Shown: in pieces, positions 34,897 to 44,832 of the stretch
Position numbering within the stretch: the first letter of the stretch is position 1
Layout: each line of letters starts with the position of its first letter
Assembly: GCA_029244805.1 (NCBI GenBank)
Contig: JAQWQH010000101.1
Span: forward strand, 1-49,353
Direction: 5' to 3'
DNA: 49,353 nt
From: Flavobacteriales bacterium
GTDB taxonomy: Bacteria > Bacteroidota > Bacteroidia > Flavobacteriales_D > Parvicellaceae
Program-made: the position numbers and the translations under genes
Notes under the pieces: model-generated
Told to the model about the DNA's origin: nothing
The model's database searches: none
Seen by the model: only the letters and a program-made list of their open reading frames with translations

Positions 34897-37800
34897 CTAG
34901 TTATTTGGTTCTTTGTTCTGTTTCTGCTTCTCCTCTTCCAATTCATCTTCAAAAAGCTTTTTATCTTTTTCATCTACACCTTCAAAATCAATTTCCACAT
35001 CGTCTTTTTCGATGGACTTTTCACTTTGACTTTCCAAATCAAGTATGTAATCAATTTTTGATTGTGCCAACGCCACAATCTCTGCCTGATCTTTTCCTTC
35101 ATAATTATCTATAACACTTTGCAGACTACTTTTTGCGTTGAAATAATCTTCTTTTACAATGAAATTATCTCCAAGCAAAATAATTGCACTAGCTATCCAA
35201 TAATCGTAAGAAGGTTTCTGCTTTACCAACTCCATAATAGTAATTTCGCACTCATCATTCTTCTCTTGCTCAAATAGTATCTCCGCTGCATTATACTTGG
35301 CTTCTGCACCTTTAATGCTTTTTGTGTTTTCGCTTAAAGCAATAAGGATAATATATGCTTCATCCAATCTATCTGTTTCTTTTAAAGAAAGCCCATGAAT
35401 CAGTGAAGCCTCAATTTCTAAAGATTCATCAAGATTGCTTAACAATAGTGTTTTGTTAGAATACGCAATCGCCGACTGGTAATTATTTAAGTTCCAAAAT
35501 CCTCGCATCTGGCCAATAACCGAGGTGCGTATATTATCCTCTGAAGCTGCTACTCTCTCTAGCGTTGAATAATCACCTATGGCTTGACGATAATCACCCA
35601 GGAAATAACTGATGTTACCTGCATATTTTAAGGCATATTCATAATTATTATTGTTTACCTTGTCAATAACCTTATTATAGTGTGAAAGCGCTTCTTCTAA
35701 ATTTTCTTCTTGATGAATACAACGAGCCATATAGTAATGCGCATCCGCGTTGTGCCTTCCATTTTCAACTTTACTATTATATTCCTTTCCTTTTAGAATA
35801 ATATTGGCGCAGTCTCCGCGATCCCAAGCATATTGAACAGGCTCCCAAAAAACCGAATCTATTTCGGATTCAGCTACTTCTCTTCCCTGCTCCACTAGCC
35901 AATCATAATATCCCGCTAAATCATCTCTCCCCTTGTAAATATCTTTCATTAATAATACCGCAGATTCATTTTCGGAAGTTGCATTGGGATATTCAAAAAG
36001 CACTTTTTCCAAATACTGCTCAGCTTTATTATATTCTTTCATACTTAAATAAACACTTCCAACATTTACAATGGCTCTTGCCACATATTTATTCTGAGGG
36101 TAATCACGAATAAACTGGTCATACGTATCGATAGCTTTTTGATGTTCGCCCTGCGCTTTATAGGTATCTGCTAATTCTCGAATAGAAAGAATTTGGTAGC
36201 TAGAATTTGGATACTTTTCGGTTAACTCTTGCAACGTAATGGCCTTACCTTCATGATCTTCTATATAACCTTGAGAAGTTGCTTTTTTAAAGTAAGCATA
36301 AGATAAATCGCCTTCTTCCTTTTGAATAACCAAATCGAAATATTCAATAGCCTTCGCATCGTCGGACAATAGAAAATAACAATCTGCCAACCGTAAAAAA
36401 GCATCAATCAAAGTTTTCTTTTTTACTCTATCCTCTAATAAAACGAAATTTCGAAATGACGCAATACTGCTGTTTAAATAAGCACTTCTCTCAACGGAAG
36501 AAATCATCTTGTTTCTACCGGAATTGAAAGGAGTTGACTTCAAAAAATAAGCGTAACCTATGTTATAATCTGCCTTATGAAAGACTGTTGTCAGTGCAGC
36601 TCCTGGTTCCATTCGGAATTCTTCATACTGAGAAATAGCCTCATCTAACTCACCTGTCTGATATTTGCATTCAGCAATCCAAAACAGGCTTTCTGCGTTC
36701 ATTTTTTTATCAACGGGATACCTTTTCACATCTTTGAATTGCTTCATCGCTTTAGCATATTCTCCGTTATGAAATAATTGAACAGCTCTATTAAAACTTA
36801 CCGTTTGATAGGCAACCTTCATTCGATCATCTTTATTTTTTACTCTTTCTAGCGAAGCCAGAGCATCCTCATAGTTTTTTGTGGTCATGTAAACACGTAT
36901 TAAAAACTCATAAGCTTCTTCAGCTTGAGACGAATTTGGATATATTTCAATGTACTCATGAAAAGCTTTTATCGCTTCATCATAAGGATTGTACGATAAT
37001 TCGTAAGCAAGTTTTGCATAATTAAAAAGCGAATTCTCCTTTATATTAGGATCAAAATCCATTTTACTGGCAGCTCGAAAGGCGTTACTTGCATAATCTT
37101 TTTCTTCTAATTTTAAATAGCATTCTGCCATATGGTAATATGCTGTTTGGGACAAAGCATCTTTTTTTGTAGATGCTCTACTTAAATATTTAACTGCATT
37201 TTCAAAACTTTTTATCCCGTAATAAGCAAAACCTATTTGGTAATTATCAACTCGAGTAGCCTTAACTCCTTTTCTAAATTCCATTAAATAAGGAATCGCA
37301 TCACTGTATTTTTTTTCATAATAATAAGCGTCTCCAATTAGTTTAGCGAATTCAGATTTTCTTTTAGAGCTGACCGAATCCATATAAACTGGAGCATATT
37401 CAATTACCTTTTTATACTTTTCTTGTTTATAATAAATCTGAGTGATGTAATAAGGTGCAATAGATTTAAACATGGACTCGCAGGAAATTGTCTGAAAGCC
37501 TTCGAGTGCAGTTTGGTAGTTCTTATCTGAATATGCAATATGACTATAATAATAAACTGCTGGAGCTTTATATTCTGTATCTTTTTCTAAAATCTCGTAG
37601 AAGTTTACTTTCGCAAGAACAAAATCTTTTTGTTTGAAGTAACTATATCCTAATTTGAAATAATATTCGATTCTTTCATCCGCAGATAAGTCATAAGGAT
37701 CAACTTTAGTTAAATACTCGATTACCTTTTTCACTTTTTTTAACCGATAATTGTGTTTTCCTAACTGAAAGAATACGGACTTACCTTTCGGATGATCTGG

Positions 37801-38118
37801 ATGTTCAGTTACAAAACGATTCAACAAAAATTCTGCATCTTTATGAAATAATTCCAAAGCACAAATAGCAAAGTAGTATTCACTGTTGACACGTATTTCA
37901 TCTTGATTGTTGTCAACATGCTTTACTACTTCTTTAAATTTATACTGCGCCGCACTATATTTTTCTTTATCGTAAAGATCTTGACCTTCACTATATGTTC
38001 TATAGTTATCTGTATAAATAGCCGTTTTTTGTCCAAACGAACATACAACACTAAATAACAGCAGTACAATTAGAATTTTTCGAATTCCTATCATAAAATA
38101 TATTTTCCTATGGAACAT
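34897..38118 (-). CDS. large tetratricopeptide-repeat (TPR) protein, secreted or lipoprotein
   Basis: 1073 aa made of dozens of TPR-like A/Y-rich helical pairs. N-terminal hydrophobic segment ILIVLLLFSVVCSFGQ. An alternative ATG lies at 38094. Acidic/K-rich C-terminal tail. Confidence 0.75.
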   Translation of the reverse strand: MFHRKIYFMIGIRKILIVLLLFSVVCSFGQKTAIYTDNYRTYSEGQDLYDKEKYSAAQYKFKEVVKHVDNNQDEIRVNSEYYFAICALELFHKDAEFLLNRFVTEHPDHPKGKSVFFQLGKHNYRLKKVKKVIEYLTKVDPYDLSADERIEYYFKLGYSYFKQKDFVLAKVNFYEILEKDTEYKAPAVYYYSHIAYSDKNYQTALEGFQTISCESMFKSIAPYYITQIYYKQEKYKKVIEYAPVYMDSVSSKRKSEFAKLIGDAYYYEKKYSDAIPYLMEFRKGVKATRVDNYQIGFAYYGIKSFENAVKYLSRASTKKDALSQTAYYHMAECYLKLEEKDYASNAFRAASKMDFDPNIKENSLFNYAKLAYELSYNPYDEAIKAFHEYIEIYPNSSQAEEAYEFLIRVYMTTKNYEDALASLERVKNKDDRMKVAYQTVSFNRAVQLFHNGEYAKAMKQFKDVKRYPVDKKMNAESLFWIAECKYQTGELDEAISQYEEFRMEPGAALTTVFHKADYNIGYAYFLKSTPFNSGRNKMISSVERSAYLNSSIASFRNFVLLEDRVKKKTLIDAFLRLADCYFLLSDDAKAIEYFDLVIQKEEGDLSYAYFKKATSQGYIEDHEGKAITLQELTEKYPNSSYQILSIRELADTYKAQGEHQKAIDTYDQFIRDYPQNKYVARAIVNVGSVYLSMKEYNKAEQYLEKVLFEYPNATSENESAVLLMKDIYKGRDDLAGYYDWLVEQGREVAESEIDSVFWEPVQYAWDRGDCANIILKGKEYNSKVENGRHNADAHYYMARCIHQEENLEEALSHYNKVIDKVNNNNYEYALKYAGNISYFLGDYRQAIGDYSTLERVAASEDNIRTSVIGQMRGFWNLNNYQSAIAYSNKTLLLSNLDESLEIEASLIHGLSLKETDRLDEAYIILIALSENTKSIKGAEAKYNAAEILFEQEKNDECEITIMELVKQKPSYDYWIASAIILLGDNFIVKEDYFNAKSSLQSVIDNYEGKDQAEIVALAQSKIDYILDLESQSEKSIEKDDVEIDFEGVDEKDKKLFEDELEEEKQKQNKEPNN

Positions 38119-38287
38119 AACTAGCCCATAATAAATTAAAGGATAAAGATAGCAAGGTGTAAGGGTAGTGTTTGCGCTGAATTGATTAATTGTTAACGCG
38201 TTTCTGTTAAAACTATTGCGTACAAATAAACATCCAAGAAAAATAAATTGGGATCTTTATGCTCAATAAAAACCATTTATTTGAATT

Positions 38288-39001
38288 TTGACTTCACTAG
38301 AGAATAGCATATCCATAAGTAATATCAATATCTATCAACGAGAATTATTGGTACTCAAAAACATCGAACTAACTATCCAAAAAGGAGAATTTGTGTACTT
38401 AATCGGCAAAACCGGCAGTGGAAAAAGTAGTTTACTTAAAATATTGTACGGTGAATTAAGGCTAAAAGAGGGAAATGCTACCGTCGCTGGCTCAAACTTA
38501 ATCAAACTTCGGAAAAGAAAAATTCTTGCTTTAAGAAGAAAATTAGGAATTGTTTTTCAAGACTTTCAATTACTTACCGACCGAACCGTTGAAGAAAATT
38601 TAAAATTCGTAATGCGCGCTACCGGCTGGAAAAACAAAAAAAAGGTAAAAACGCGAACCTCTGAATTATTAGAAAAAGTTGGAATGGCAGAAAAAGGCTT
38701 TAAATTCCCGCATCAATTATCTGGTGGGGAACAGCAAAGAATTGCAATAGCTAGAGCTTTAATAAATGACCCTGAAATTATTTTAGCAGATGAACCAACT
38801 GGAAACCTAGATCCAGAAACAACTGAGGAAATTATGCGTTTACTTTTCGAAATAAGCGGCACCGGCAAAACAATATTAATGGCTACGCATGACTACGATA
38901 TGATGCAACGCTTCCCATCCAGAACTTTACGTTGCGAAGACGAAGCCGTAACTGAAATTAATTTAGCAGAAGCGCCCGAATTTAAAGTAAATAGATTCTG
39001 A
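38288..39001 (+). CDS. ftsE: cell-division ABC ATPase FtsE-like
   Basis: Walker A GKTGSGKSS, signature LSGGEQQR, Walker B ILADEPTGNLD. About 230 aa. TTG start with no upstream in-frame ATG. No ftsX is adjacent. Confidence 0.75.
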   Translation: MTSLENSISISNINIYQRELLVLKNIELTIQKGEFVYLIGKTGSGKSSLLKILYGELRLKEGNATVAGSNLIKLRKRKILALRRKLGIVFQDFQLLTDRTVEENLKFVMRATGWKNKKKVKTRTSELLEKVGMAEKGFKFPHQLSGGEQQRIAIARALINDPEIILADEPTGNLDPETTEEIMRLLFEISGTGKTILMATHDYDMMQRFPSRTLRCEDEAVTEINLAEAPEFKVNRF

Positions 39002-39010
39002 AATAAAGGT

Positions 39011-39033
39011 AAATCGTTACTAGTAATCGATTT
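39011..39033. terminator. weak hairpin between convergent ftsE and a GT4 gene
   Basis: aaatcg...cgattt (6 bp) plus an inner tta/taa pairing. It is AT-rich with no separate T tract. Confidence 0.3.
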
Positions 39034-39064
39034 AGTCGCATCAAAAAAGCACAACAAAACAACC

Positions 39065-40180
39065 CTAAAAAAGCAAATCAACTAATTTTTCTGCACTTTC
39101 CAAGTTGTTAAATTTATCAACCAACACTTTATTCCGCAATTCTAAGTCAGCTAATTTAAAATCTAGACCCATTAATTCGATAAGGATTTCTCGAAACTCA
39201 GCGGGTGTGTTTGCCTCATAACAAGCTTCTTCTAAACCAGTGTTTTCAATCATATATTTATTTACTACACAAAACCTACCTTTGTACAAAGCTGAAATTA
39301 ATTTTAACTTAATTCCAGTTGGTTGAAAGGTTGGAAGAATATTAATATGTGCATCTGCTATTAAAGCTTCCATTTCTGTAAAAGAAATATTAACACTTAA
39401 GCTTGTATTTTTGGACTGACTAACTTTTTTAATCAACTCTTTGCTTGGATCACTTCCTGCCAAAACCAAAGGATAGTCTAACTTGGAAAAAACATCAATT
39501 AAATACAAAGATGCTTGATTGTTTTCCCCAACACCTAAATTACCGTGATATAATGCGAAAGCACCTTTTCCAATTTTACCAGTTACTTCTTCTCCTGAAT
39601 GGAAAGCAGACAAATACTTGGCGTTTTTATACTTAGCATAAAAGTAATCAGTATCATTTGGAGAAATAGAGAGTAATAAATCAGCTTTCACCAATACCGA
39701 TTCAAAAGCTTTTAACTTTTTTGCCTCCGTCAGAAAAAATTGTTTTTTAAACAGTGATTTTTCCACTTTCGAAAGACCTTGGTAATAATCGTGCTCAACA
39801 TTGTGGGTGCGAACAGCCACAAGACGTTTTGAGGGCTTTAACCTTTCTAAAAACCAGCAATTATGCAAGCCTTCGATTAAAACTGGATACGCGTTTTTAT
39901 TAAGATTTTTAAGTAACTTTTCGCTTTTTCGAGTAGCAACTACAAAAGGTAATTTCGACAATAATTTGGCCTTACTTTTTCCGCGTTGGTAATAAGTAAC
40001 TGATTCGCAATACTTATCCAATTCCTTTTGCTCTCCTCTTCCATACTCAAAGCAATGCAAATGAATTTTAACTCCCAATTTATGGAGTGCTCTAATTTTA
40101 TAAAACACATCAACTACACCTCCGTAATTTGGAGGAAACGGGACATCAAACGAGACAATATGCAGCCGTTGTTCTTTCAT
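39065..40180 (-). CDS. glycosyltransferase (GT-B fold, GT4-like)
   Basis: 371 aa with an N-terminal HIVSFDVPFPPNYGGVVDVF motif and a two-Rossmann layout. Its ATG overlaps the stop of the upstream GT (ATGA). Confidence 0.65.
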   Translation of the reverse strand: MKEQRLHIVSFDVPFPPNYGGVVDVFYKIRALHKLGVKIHLHCFEYGRGEQKELDKYCESVTYYQRGKSKAKLLSKLPFVVATRKSEKLLKNLNKNAYPVLIEGLHNCWFLERLKPSKRLVAVRTHNVEHDYYQGLSKVEKSLFKKQFFLTEAKKLKAFESVLVKADLLLSISPNDTDYFYAKYKNAKYLSAFHSGEEVTGKIGKGAFALYHGNLGVGENNQASLYLIDVFSKLDYPLVLAGSDPSKELIKKVSQSKNTSLSVNISFTEMEALIADAHINILPTFQPTGIKLKLISALYKGRFCVVNKYMIENTGLEEACYEANTPAEFREILIELMGLDFKLADLELRNKVLVDKFNNLESAEKLVDLLF

Positions 40181-41334
40181 AATTTTTTATAAACTTCAAG
40201 GAGCGGTTGCACTTCTTTTTCCCACGTTAATTCTTCCGCTGCTTTTTTTGCATTTTCTTTGTATTGCAAGAATATATTTTCATCTTCCCAAATTCTCATT
40301 AAACTTGATTTTATCTCTTCAGGAGAATGACTTATAGTTATTGCACCTATTTCATATTGATTAATAATTTTCTTTAACTCCACCAAATTACTTGACAAAA
40401 TAGGTAATCCTGCTTTGATATAATCAAATATTTTATTCGGTAAACTAAAGCGATAATTGATGTTTGTATCTTTATCCAAAGTAACACCAACATCTGCATT
40501 AAAAGTATATTGCATCATTTCAGTGTATGGTAATTTCCCAACAAAAACAACTTTATTATTTAAATCTTGCGCCTTGCTTCGTTCTTTTAATTGATGCAAA
40601 ACATCTCCACTGCCCACTATATACAAAATCGCATTATCCATTATCGCAATAGCCTCTAAAAGCTGTTCAATACCTCTATCAATATTAATTCCCGTTCCTT
40701 GAACAAGAACTATTTTTTTATCCAATGGAATTCCTAGATCGGATCTTGATTTAGTCTTTTTCAAATCATCGCTCTTTGGAACATTTCGAAGTACATGAAC
40801 TTCTTTATTATATTGGTTTCTATACAAATCTGCTATTGATTGATTAACCGTAAATATATATTTCAACTTTGGAAAAATAGATTTTTCGATTTTTTCCCAA
40901 GCCTTTTTAACTTTTGGTCTGTCCTGAATTTCTGGCACACCCGTAAAATATTCATGACTATCATAAATCAGTGGTTTTCCTCGAAATTTACTTGCCCACC
41001 TATTGGCGAGTAATGTATCTAAGTCGTTTGCATGGAAAACATCAACTTTGACAAAAAGTAACTTAAAAAATAAGCGGAGATTAAAAAAAGCATAAAAAAA
41101 AGCTCCTTTTGTAAATAACAATTTCATCCTAGTAGTTTGATAATCTCTTGAAATAGGCATGCTTTCTTTAAGCTTTCTTCCTATTAATAAAACATCAAAA
41201 CCATTATTTATTAGTGTAGTACATACCTTATCCACTCGTTGATCGAAGGACAAATCATTTATTACGGATACTACTACTCTTTTCAAATACTCATTATTTT
41301 GTTCGACTTCAAAGTAACTACTTTGAAACGCCAA
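40177..41334 (-). CDS. glycosyltransferase family 4-like
   Basis: 385 aa with a GT-B pattern (C-terminal FSLPNKIFDYIKAGLPILSS, E/K-x7-E-like region). TTG start. Confidence 0.7.
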   Translation of the reverse strand: MAFQSSYFEVEQNNEYLKRVVVSVINDLSFDQRVDKVCTTLINNGFDVLLIGRKLKESMPISRDYQTTRMKLLFTKGAFFYAFFNLRLFFKLLFVKVDVFHANDLDTLLANRWASKFRGKPLIYDSHEYFTGVPEIQDRPKVKKAWEKIEKSIFPKLKYIFTVNQSIADLYRNQYNKEVHVLRNVPKSDDLKKTKSRSDLGIPLDKKIVLVQGTGINIDRGIEQLLEAIAIMDNAILYIVGSGDVLHQLKERSKAQDLNNKVVFVGKLPYTEMMQYTFNADVGVTLDKDTNINYRFSLPNKIFDYIKAGLPILSSNLVELKKIINQYEIGAITISHSPEEIKSSLMRIWEDENIFLQYKENAKKAAEELTWEKEVQPLLEVYKKL

Positions 41335-41429
41335 ATAGAAACTATTATTATAGAGATTTAAAACATCTATAGTGAATAAAGTTTAATTTATTTTGAACAC
41401 AGTAGCCAAATAACAATTAGGTTTGTTTT

Positions 41430-42449
41430 GTGAGTATTATCCGAGACAATATTTCCTTAAAAAATCACAACACTTTTGGTATAGATGTTAGCGCAAAACT
41501 ATTTGGGGAGTTCACCAGCATAGAGGAACTAAAAAACATTATTACAGATAAAAATTACCAACAGGAAAAATTGTTAATCATCGGAGGTGGGAGTAATATC
41601 CTGTTCACAAAAAACGTAAATGGTCTTGCTCTGCATAACCAAGTAAAAGGAATTGAAGTTATTGAGGAAGATGACAACTCAGTTGTTATTGCCGGAGGAA
41701 GTGGTATCGTCTGGCATGATTTTGTGTTACACGCAATAAACCTAAATTTGGGGGGAATCGAAAATATGAGTTTAATTCCAGGTAGTTTAGGAGCCAGCCC
41801 AATGCAAAACATTGGTGCTTATGGGGTTGAGGTAAAGGATCGATTTGAATGGCTAGATGCCTACCATATAAAATCTGGTGAAATGCACCGATTTGACAAT
41901 GCAGCATGCGAATTTGGTTATAGAGAAAGTATTTTCAAACGAAAAAACAAAGGACAATACATAATTACTAAAGTCGCTTTTCGATTAACAAAAAAGCACC
42001 AACTGAACACCTCTTACGGAGCAATTGAAAAAGAAATAGAATCATTAAACATTACTGATCCAACCATAAAAGATGTTAGTAATGCAGTAATAAAAATTAG
42101 AGCAAGTAAATTACCGGATCCAAAAAAAATAGGAAATAGTGGAAGCTTTTTTAAAAATCCTGTAATTGATAATTCTTCATTTGAAGTCATAAAGGCTAAG
42201 TTTCCCAAAATAGTATCCTATCCAGCAGAAAATGGCAAAATAAAACTCGCAGCTGGCTGGTTAATCGACCAAGCCGGATGGAAAGGAAAAACCATTGGGA
42301 ATTATGGAGTGCATAAAAACCAGGCTTTAGTTTTAGTAAATTATGGAGGCTCTTCAGGAAGCGATATTTACAACCTCAGTGAGGAAATTATCCAGTCCAT
42401 AAAAGAAACATACGGAGTCTCTTTGGAAAGAGAAGTTAACATTCTTTAA
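41430..42449 (+). CDS. murB: UDP-N-acetylenolpyruvoylglucosamine reductase
   Basis: N-terminal SLKNHNTFGI, FAD-binding GGGSNILF, and a C-terminal AGWLIDQAGWKG block. GTG start. 339 aa. Confidence 0.9.
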   Translation: MSIIRDNISLKNHNTFGIDVSAKLFGEFTSIEELKNIITDKNYQQEKLLIIGGGSNILFTKNVNGLALHNQVKGIEVIEEDDNSVVIAGGSGIVWHDFVLHAINLNLGGIENMSLIPGSLGASPMQNIGAYGVEVKDRFEWLDAYHIKSGEMHRFDNAACEFGYRESIFKRKNKGQYIITKVAFRLTKKHQLNTSYGAIEKEIESLNITDPTIKDVSNAVIKIRASKLPDPKKIGNSGSFFKNPVIDNSSFEVIKAKFPKIVSYPAENGKIKLAAGWLIDQAGWKGKTIGNYGVHKNQALVLVNYGGSSGSDIYNLSEEIIQSIKETYGVSLEREVNIL

Positions 42450-43714
42450 GTCCCTGCAACATTATCGGCAGACTTTGTATCCAAGGCATCTCTTAAGCCA
42501 TTTCCAAGAAGCATAAATGCAAACACAAGGATTATTATACTAATTCCAGGTAATATTGCTAGAAATGCACTTTCGTTTCCTGTGGTCATCATATATGCTT
42601 TATGCTGTTCAAGCATTGCTCCCCAAGAAGCCATTGGTATTTGAGCTCCAATACCCAAAAAACTTAGACCAGCTTCAATCAGAATAGCAGAAGCAAAATT
42701 GGCAGAACTAATAACAATAACTGGGCCCATAATATTTGGCAATACATGTTTCCAAATTATTCGTGCATTTGAGTAACCCAAAGCCCTACCTGCTTCAACA
42801 TATTCTTGTTCTCTTATGCTCAATATTTGACCTCTCACAACTCTAGCTAATTCCACCCACATAATTAATCCAACAGCAATAAAAACGGTTGTAAAGCCTT
42901 TACCTAAAATCAATGTAAGGGATATAATCAGTAAAAGGCCAGGAATTGACCATACCATATTAATGAACCACATAATTAAATCATCGACCCAACCACGGTA
43001 AAACCCAGCTAAAGACCCTAGCAACAATCCAATTATTAATGAAATAATAACTGCAATTAACCCAACAGATAGTGAAATAATAGTTCCAGCCATTAGACGA
43101 CTTAACATATCTCGCCCTAATTTATCTGTACCTAAATAAAATGTTTGCTCAACGATATTATTTGCAATAATTTGACTCCTCATTTCAGAGACATCCTTGA
43201 TTATTTCCGTACCATCCATTAACCATATAGTTACGGTGCCATTGAGGTTTAACCTAAACTTTTCCTCTTTAGAAATAGAAAGCGGATATAATACTTCTGC
43301 TAAAGAGTAGTTCTGATATTGAGGAGAATATTCTTTTTCGTTTTCAAAGCCAGTATATTCTTCAATAATTATATCTCCGCCGTCAAATTTGTATCCATAC
43401 ATTGGATAACTCTTATAAATTGCTTCTTCGTATCCAAAAAATAATTTACCAAAAAAACCGACATCTTCAAATTCCCTATTTTTCCGCACTAATAGTTGAG
43501 AAACTTTAAAGCCTGGTGCTTTTCTCGATATTGGGGAATTCTGATTATTTGCATCTTCTGTAGCATCAGGCCTTATATTAGCTCCCAAAACAGATATAAA
43601 AATAGCAACGCATATGATGAGCAGACCCAACATAGCTGTTCGGTTCTTTTTAAGCTTTCTCCAAGCTTCAAAATACATTGAATCTTTTCTTTTATATTCT
43701 CTGGTCTCTTTCAT
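42446..43714 (-). CDS. ABC transporter permease, DppC/OppC-like, with an enlarged first periplasmic loop
   Basis: C-terminal half has the binding-protein-dependent transport signature (YVEAGRALGYSNARIIWKHVLPN). An extra ~120 aa follows TM1. No ATPase, partner permease or binding-protein gene is nearby. Confidence 0.75.
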   Translation of the reverse strand: MKETREYKRKDSMYFEAWRKLKKNRTAMLGLLIICVAIFISVLGANIRPDATEDANNQNSPISRKAPGFKVSQLLVRKNREFEDVGFFGKLFFGYEEAIYKSYPMYGYKFDGGDIIIEEYTGFENEKEYSPQYQNYSLAEVLYPLSISKEEKFRLNLNGTVTIWLMDGTEIIKDVSEMRSQIIANNIVEQTFYLGTDKLGRDMLSRLMAGTIISLSVGLIAVIISLIIGLLLGSLAGFYRGWVDDLIMWFINMVWSIPGLLLIISLTLILGKGFTTVFIAVGLIMWVELARVVRGQILSIREQEYVEAGRALGYSNARIIWKHVLPNIMGPVIVISSANFASAILIEAGLSFLGIGAQIPMASWGAMLEQHKAYMMTTGNESAFLAILPGISIIILVFAFMLLGNGLRDALDTKSADNVAGT

Positions 43715-43721
43715 TTACATT

Positions 43722-44831
43722 TCATCTTCCTTTCCAAACTGGAGAAGAAAAAACAGTCGATAAATATACTATGAACAAATAAAAGGGATAAAAAACTACC
43801 ATAACTGGAAAGTAGATTATCGCTTGATATCTGTTATACCTGTTTGCCAATAAAACTAAAAACAATACATCTACAATTGTTTTAACGGCCCACAATTTAA
43901 TCAAAAAAACAATGCTATTGTTATCCAAAATCATAAGTACTATCATAAATGGGATGGAACAATTAATAATCAAAACAATAGCTCCAAAAACAGTAGATAA
44001 AGACATTTTTAATTTACTTGATTTTGAAGCCCATCTCACCGACCTAGAAAGCATTTCAGCAAATGATTTTGCTCCCTCGGTCTCAACAATAGATTTTACA
44101 TTTATTCCAACAGAACAATCTTTATTTCTATTTGTTTTTTCAAGAAAAAACATATCATCCCCTGATAATATGTTATAATTACTCTCGTAAGGCTGCAATT
44201 TCTTGAACAACGACTTAGTGTAACTGAGGTTAGCGCCACTGCACAATAACGGATTTTTTAACTTGGCTGAACCGACTGTAATACCCGCAAGCAAAAGAGA
44301 TTCGATTTGTTGTAAATTGGCTAATAAGCCAGGCTGTTTCTTATTTATTACCGGTCCAATAATAAACTCACTTTCGGAGTCGATCAATATGTTAATTTCT
44401 TGCAACCAATTTTTGGAGTGAACACAATCGACATCTGTTGTAACAATTACTGAATGAACTGCTGCTATTACTCCAGCATCAATGGCTCTTTTTTTTCCCA
44501 AATGGTTTGCCTCCAACGATATTAATTTATGTGGAAAAGCGAAATGCTCTAAACCAAGGAGCAATATATCAACGCTATTATCTACCGAATGATCATTAAT
44601 AAAAATAAACTCAACCGCTTCTGCACTATACTGCAGGTCTGATAAAGACTTGATTAGTATGGGAATATTCTCTTTTTCATTTCTAAAAGGAATTAGGACG
44701 GATAAACTATTAACCTTACCTGAGGAAGCATTATTATTATTATTCTTTATTAACCAACCGCAAATTAAAACAAGCATCCAACTTGTATAAATCGAAAATA
44801 TAACCATCAATATTCCATGAATGTATATCAC
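43722..44831 (-). CDS. membrane-embedded family 2 glycosyltransferase (processive-type)
   Basis: N-terminal TM, VLIPFRNEKENIP, DxD-like TTDVDC, an RSVRW (Q/RxxRW-like) motif and a C-terminal TM bundle. GTG start 1 nt after the upstream stop. Confidence 0.75.
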   Translation of the reverse strand: MIYIHGILMVIFSIYTSWMLVLICGWLIKNNNNNASSGKVNSLSVLIPFRNEKENIPILIKSLSDLQYSAEAVEFIFINDHSVDNSVDILLLGLEHFAFPHKLISLEANHLGKKRAIDAGVIAAVHSVIVTTDVDCVHSKNWLQEINILIDSESEFIIGPVINKKQPGLLANLQQIESLLLAGITVGSAKLKNPLLCSGANLSYTKSLFKKLQPYESNYNILSGDDMFFLEKTNRNKDCSVGINVKSIVETEGAKSFAEMLSRSVRWASKSSKLKMSLSTVFGAIVLIINCSIPFMIVLMILDNNSIVFLIKLWAVKTIVDVLFLVLLANRYNRYQAIIYFPVMVVFYPFYLFIVYLSTVFSSPVWKGR

Positions 44832-44832
44832 T

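Noticed and set aside
34897-38118. The large TPR protein, considered as the T9SS lipoprotein PorW/SprE.
   Set aside because: TPR content alone is not diagnostic. The N-terminal region does not resemble what I recall of PorW/SprE, and the lipobox is poor (SVVC). It is left as a generic TPR protein pending an HMM search.
38636-38643. An A8 homopolymer inside ftsE (codons for KNKKKVK), considered as a slipped-strand phase-variation tract.
   Set aside because: It is short and lies in an essential-type housekeeping gene. It is consistent with lysine-rich coding in an AT-rich genome, and nothing indicates frame disruption.
38288-39001. FtsE without an adjacent FtsX, considered as an anomaly or a mis-call.
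   Set aside because: The ABC motifs and size fit FtsE-like ATPases. As far as I recall, separation of ftsE from ftsX is common in Bacteroidota, so I do not treat it as unusual.
41418-41425. TAGGTTTG (a TAnnTTTG match) upstream of murB, considered as its promoter -7 box.
   Set aside because: It ends only 4 nt before the GTG start at 41430. That would imply a start site inside or at the start codon. It could be a coincidence or a leaderless arrangement, and I cannot tell which from sequence.
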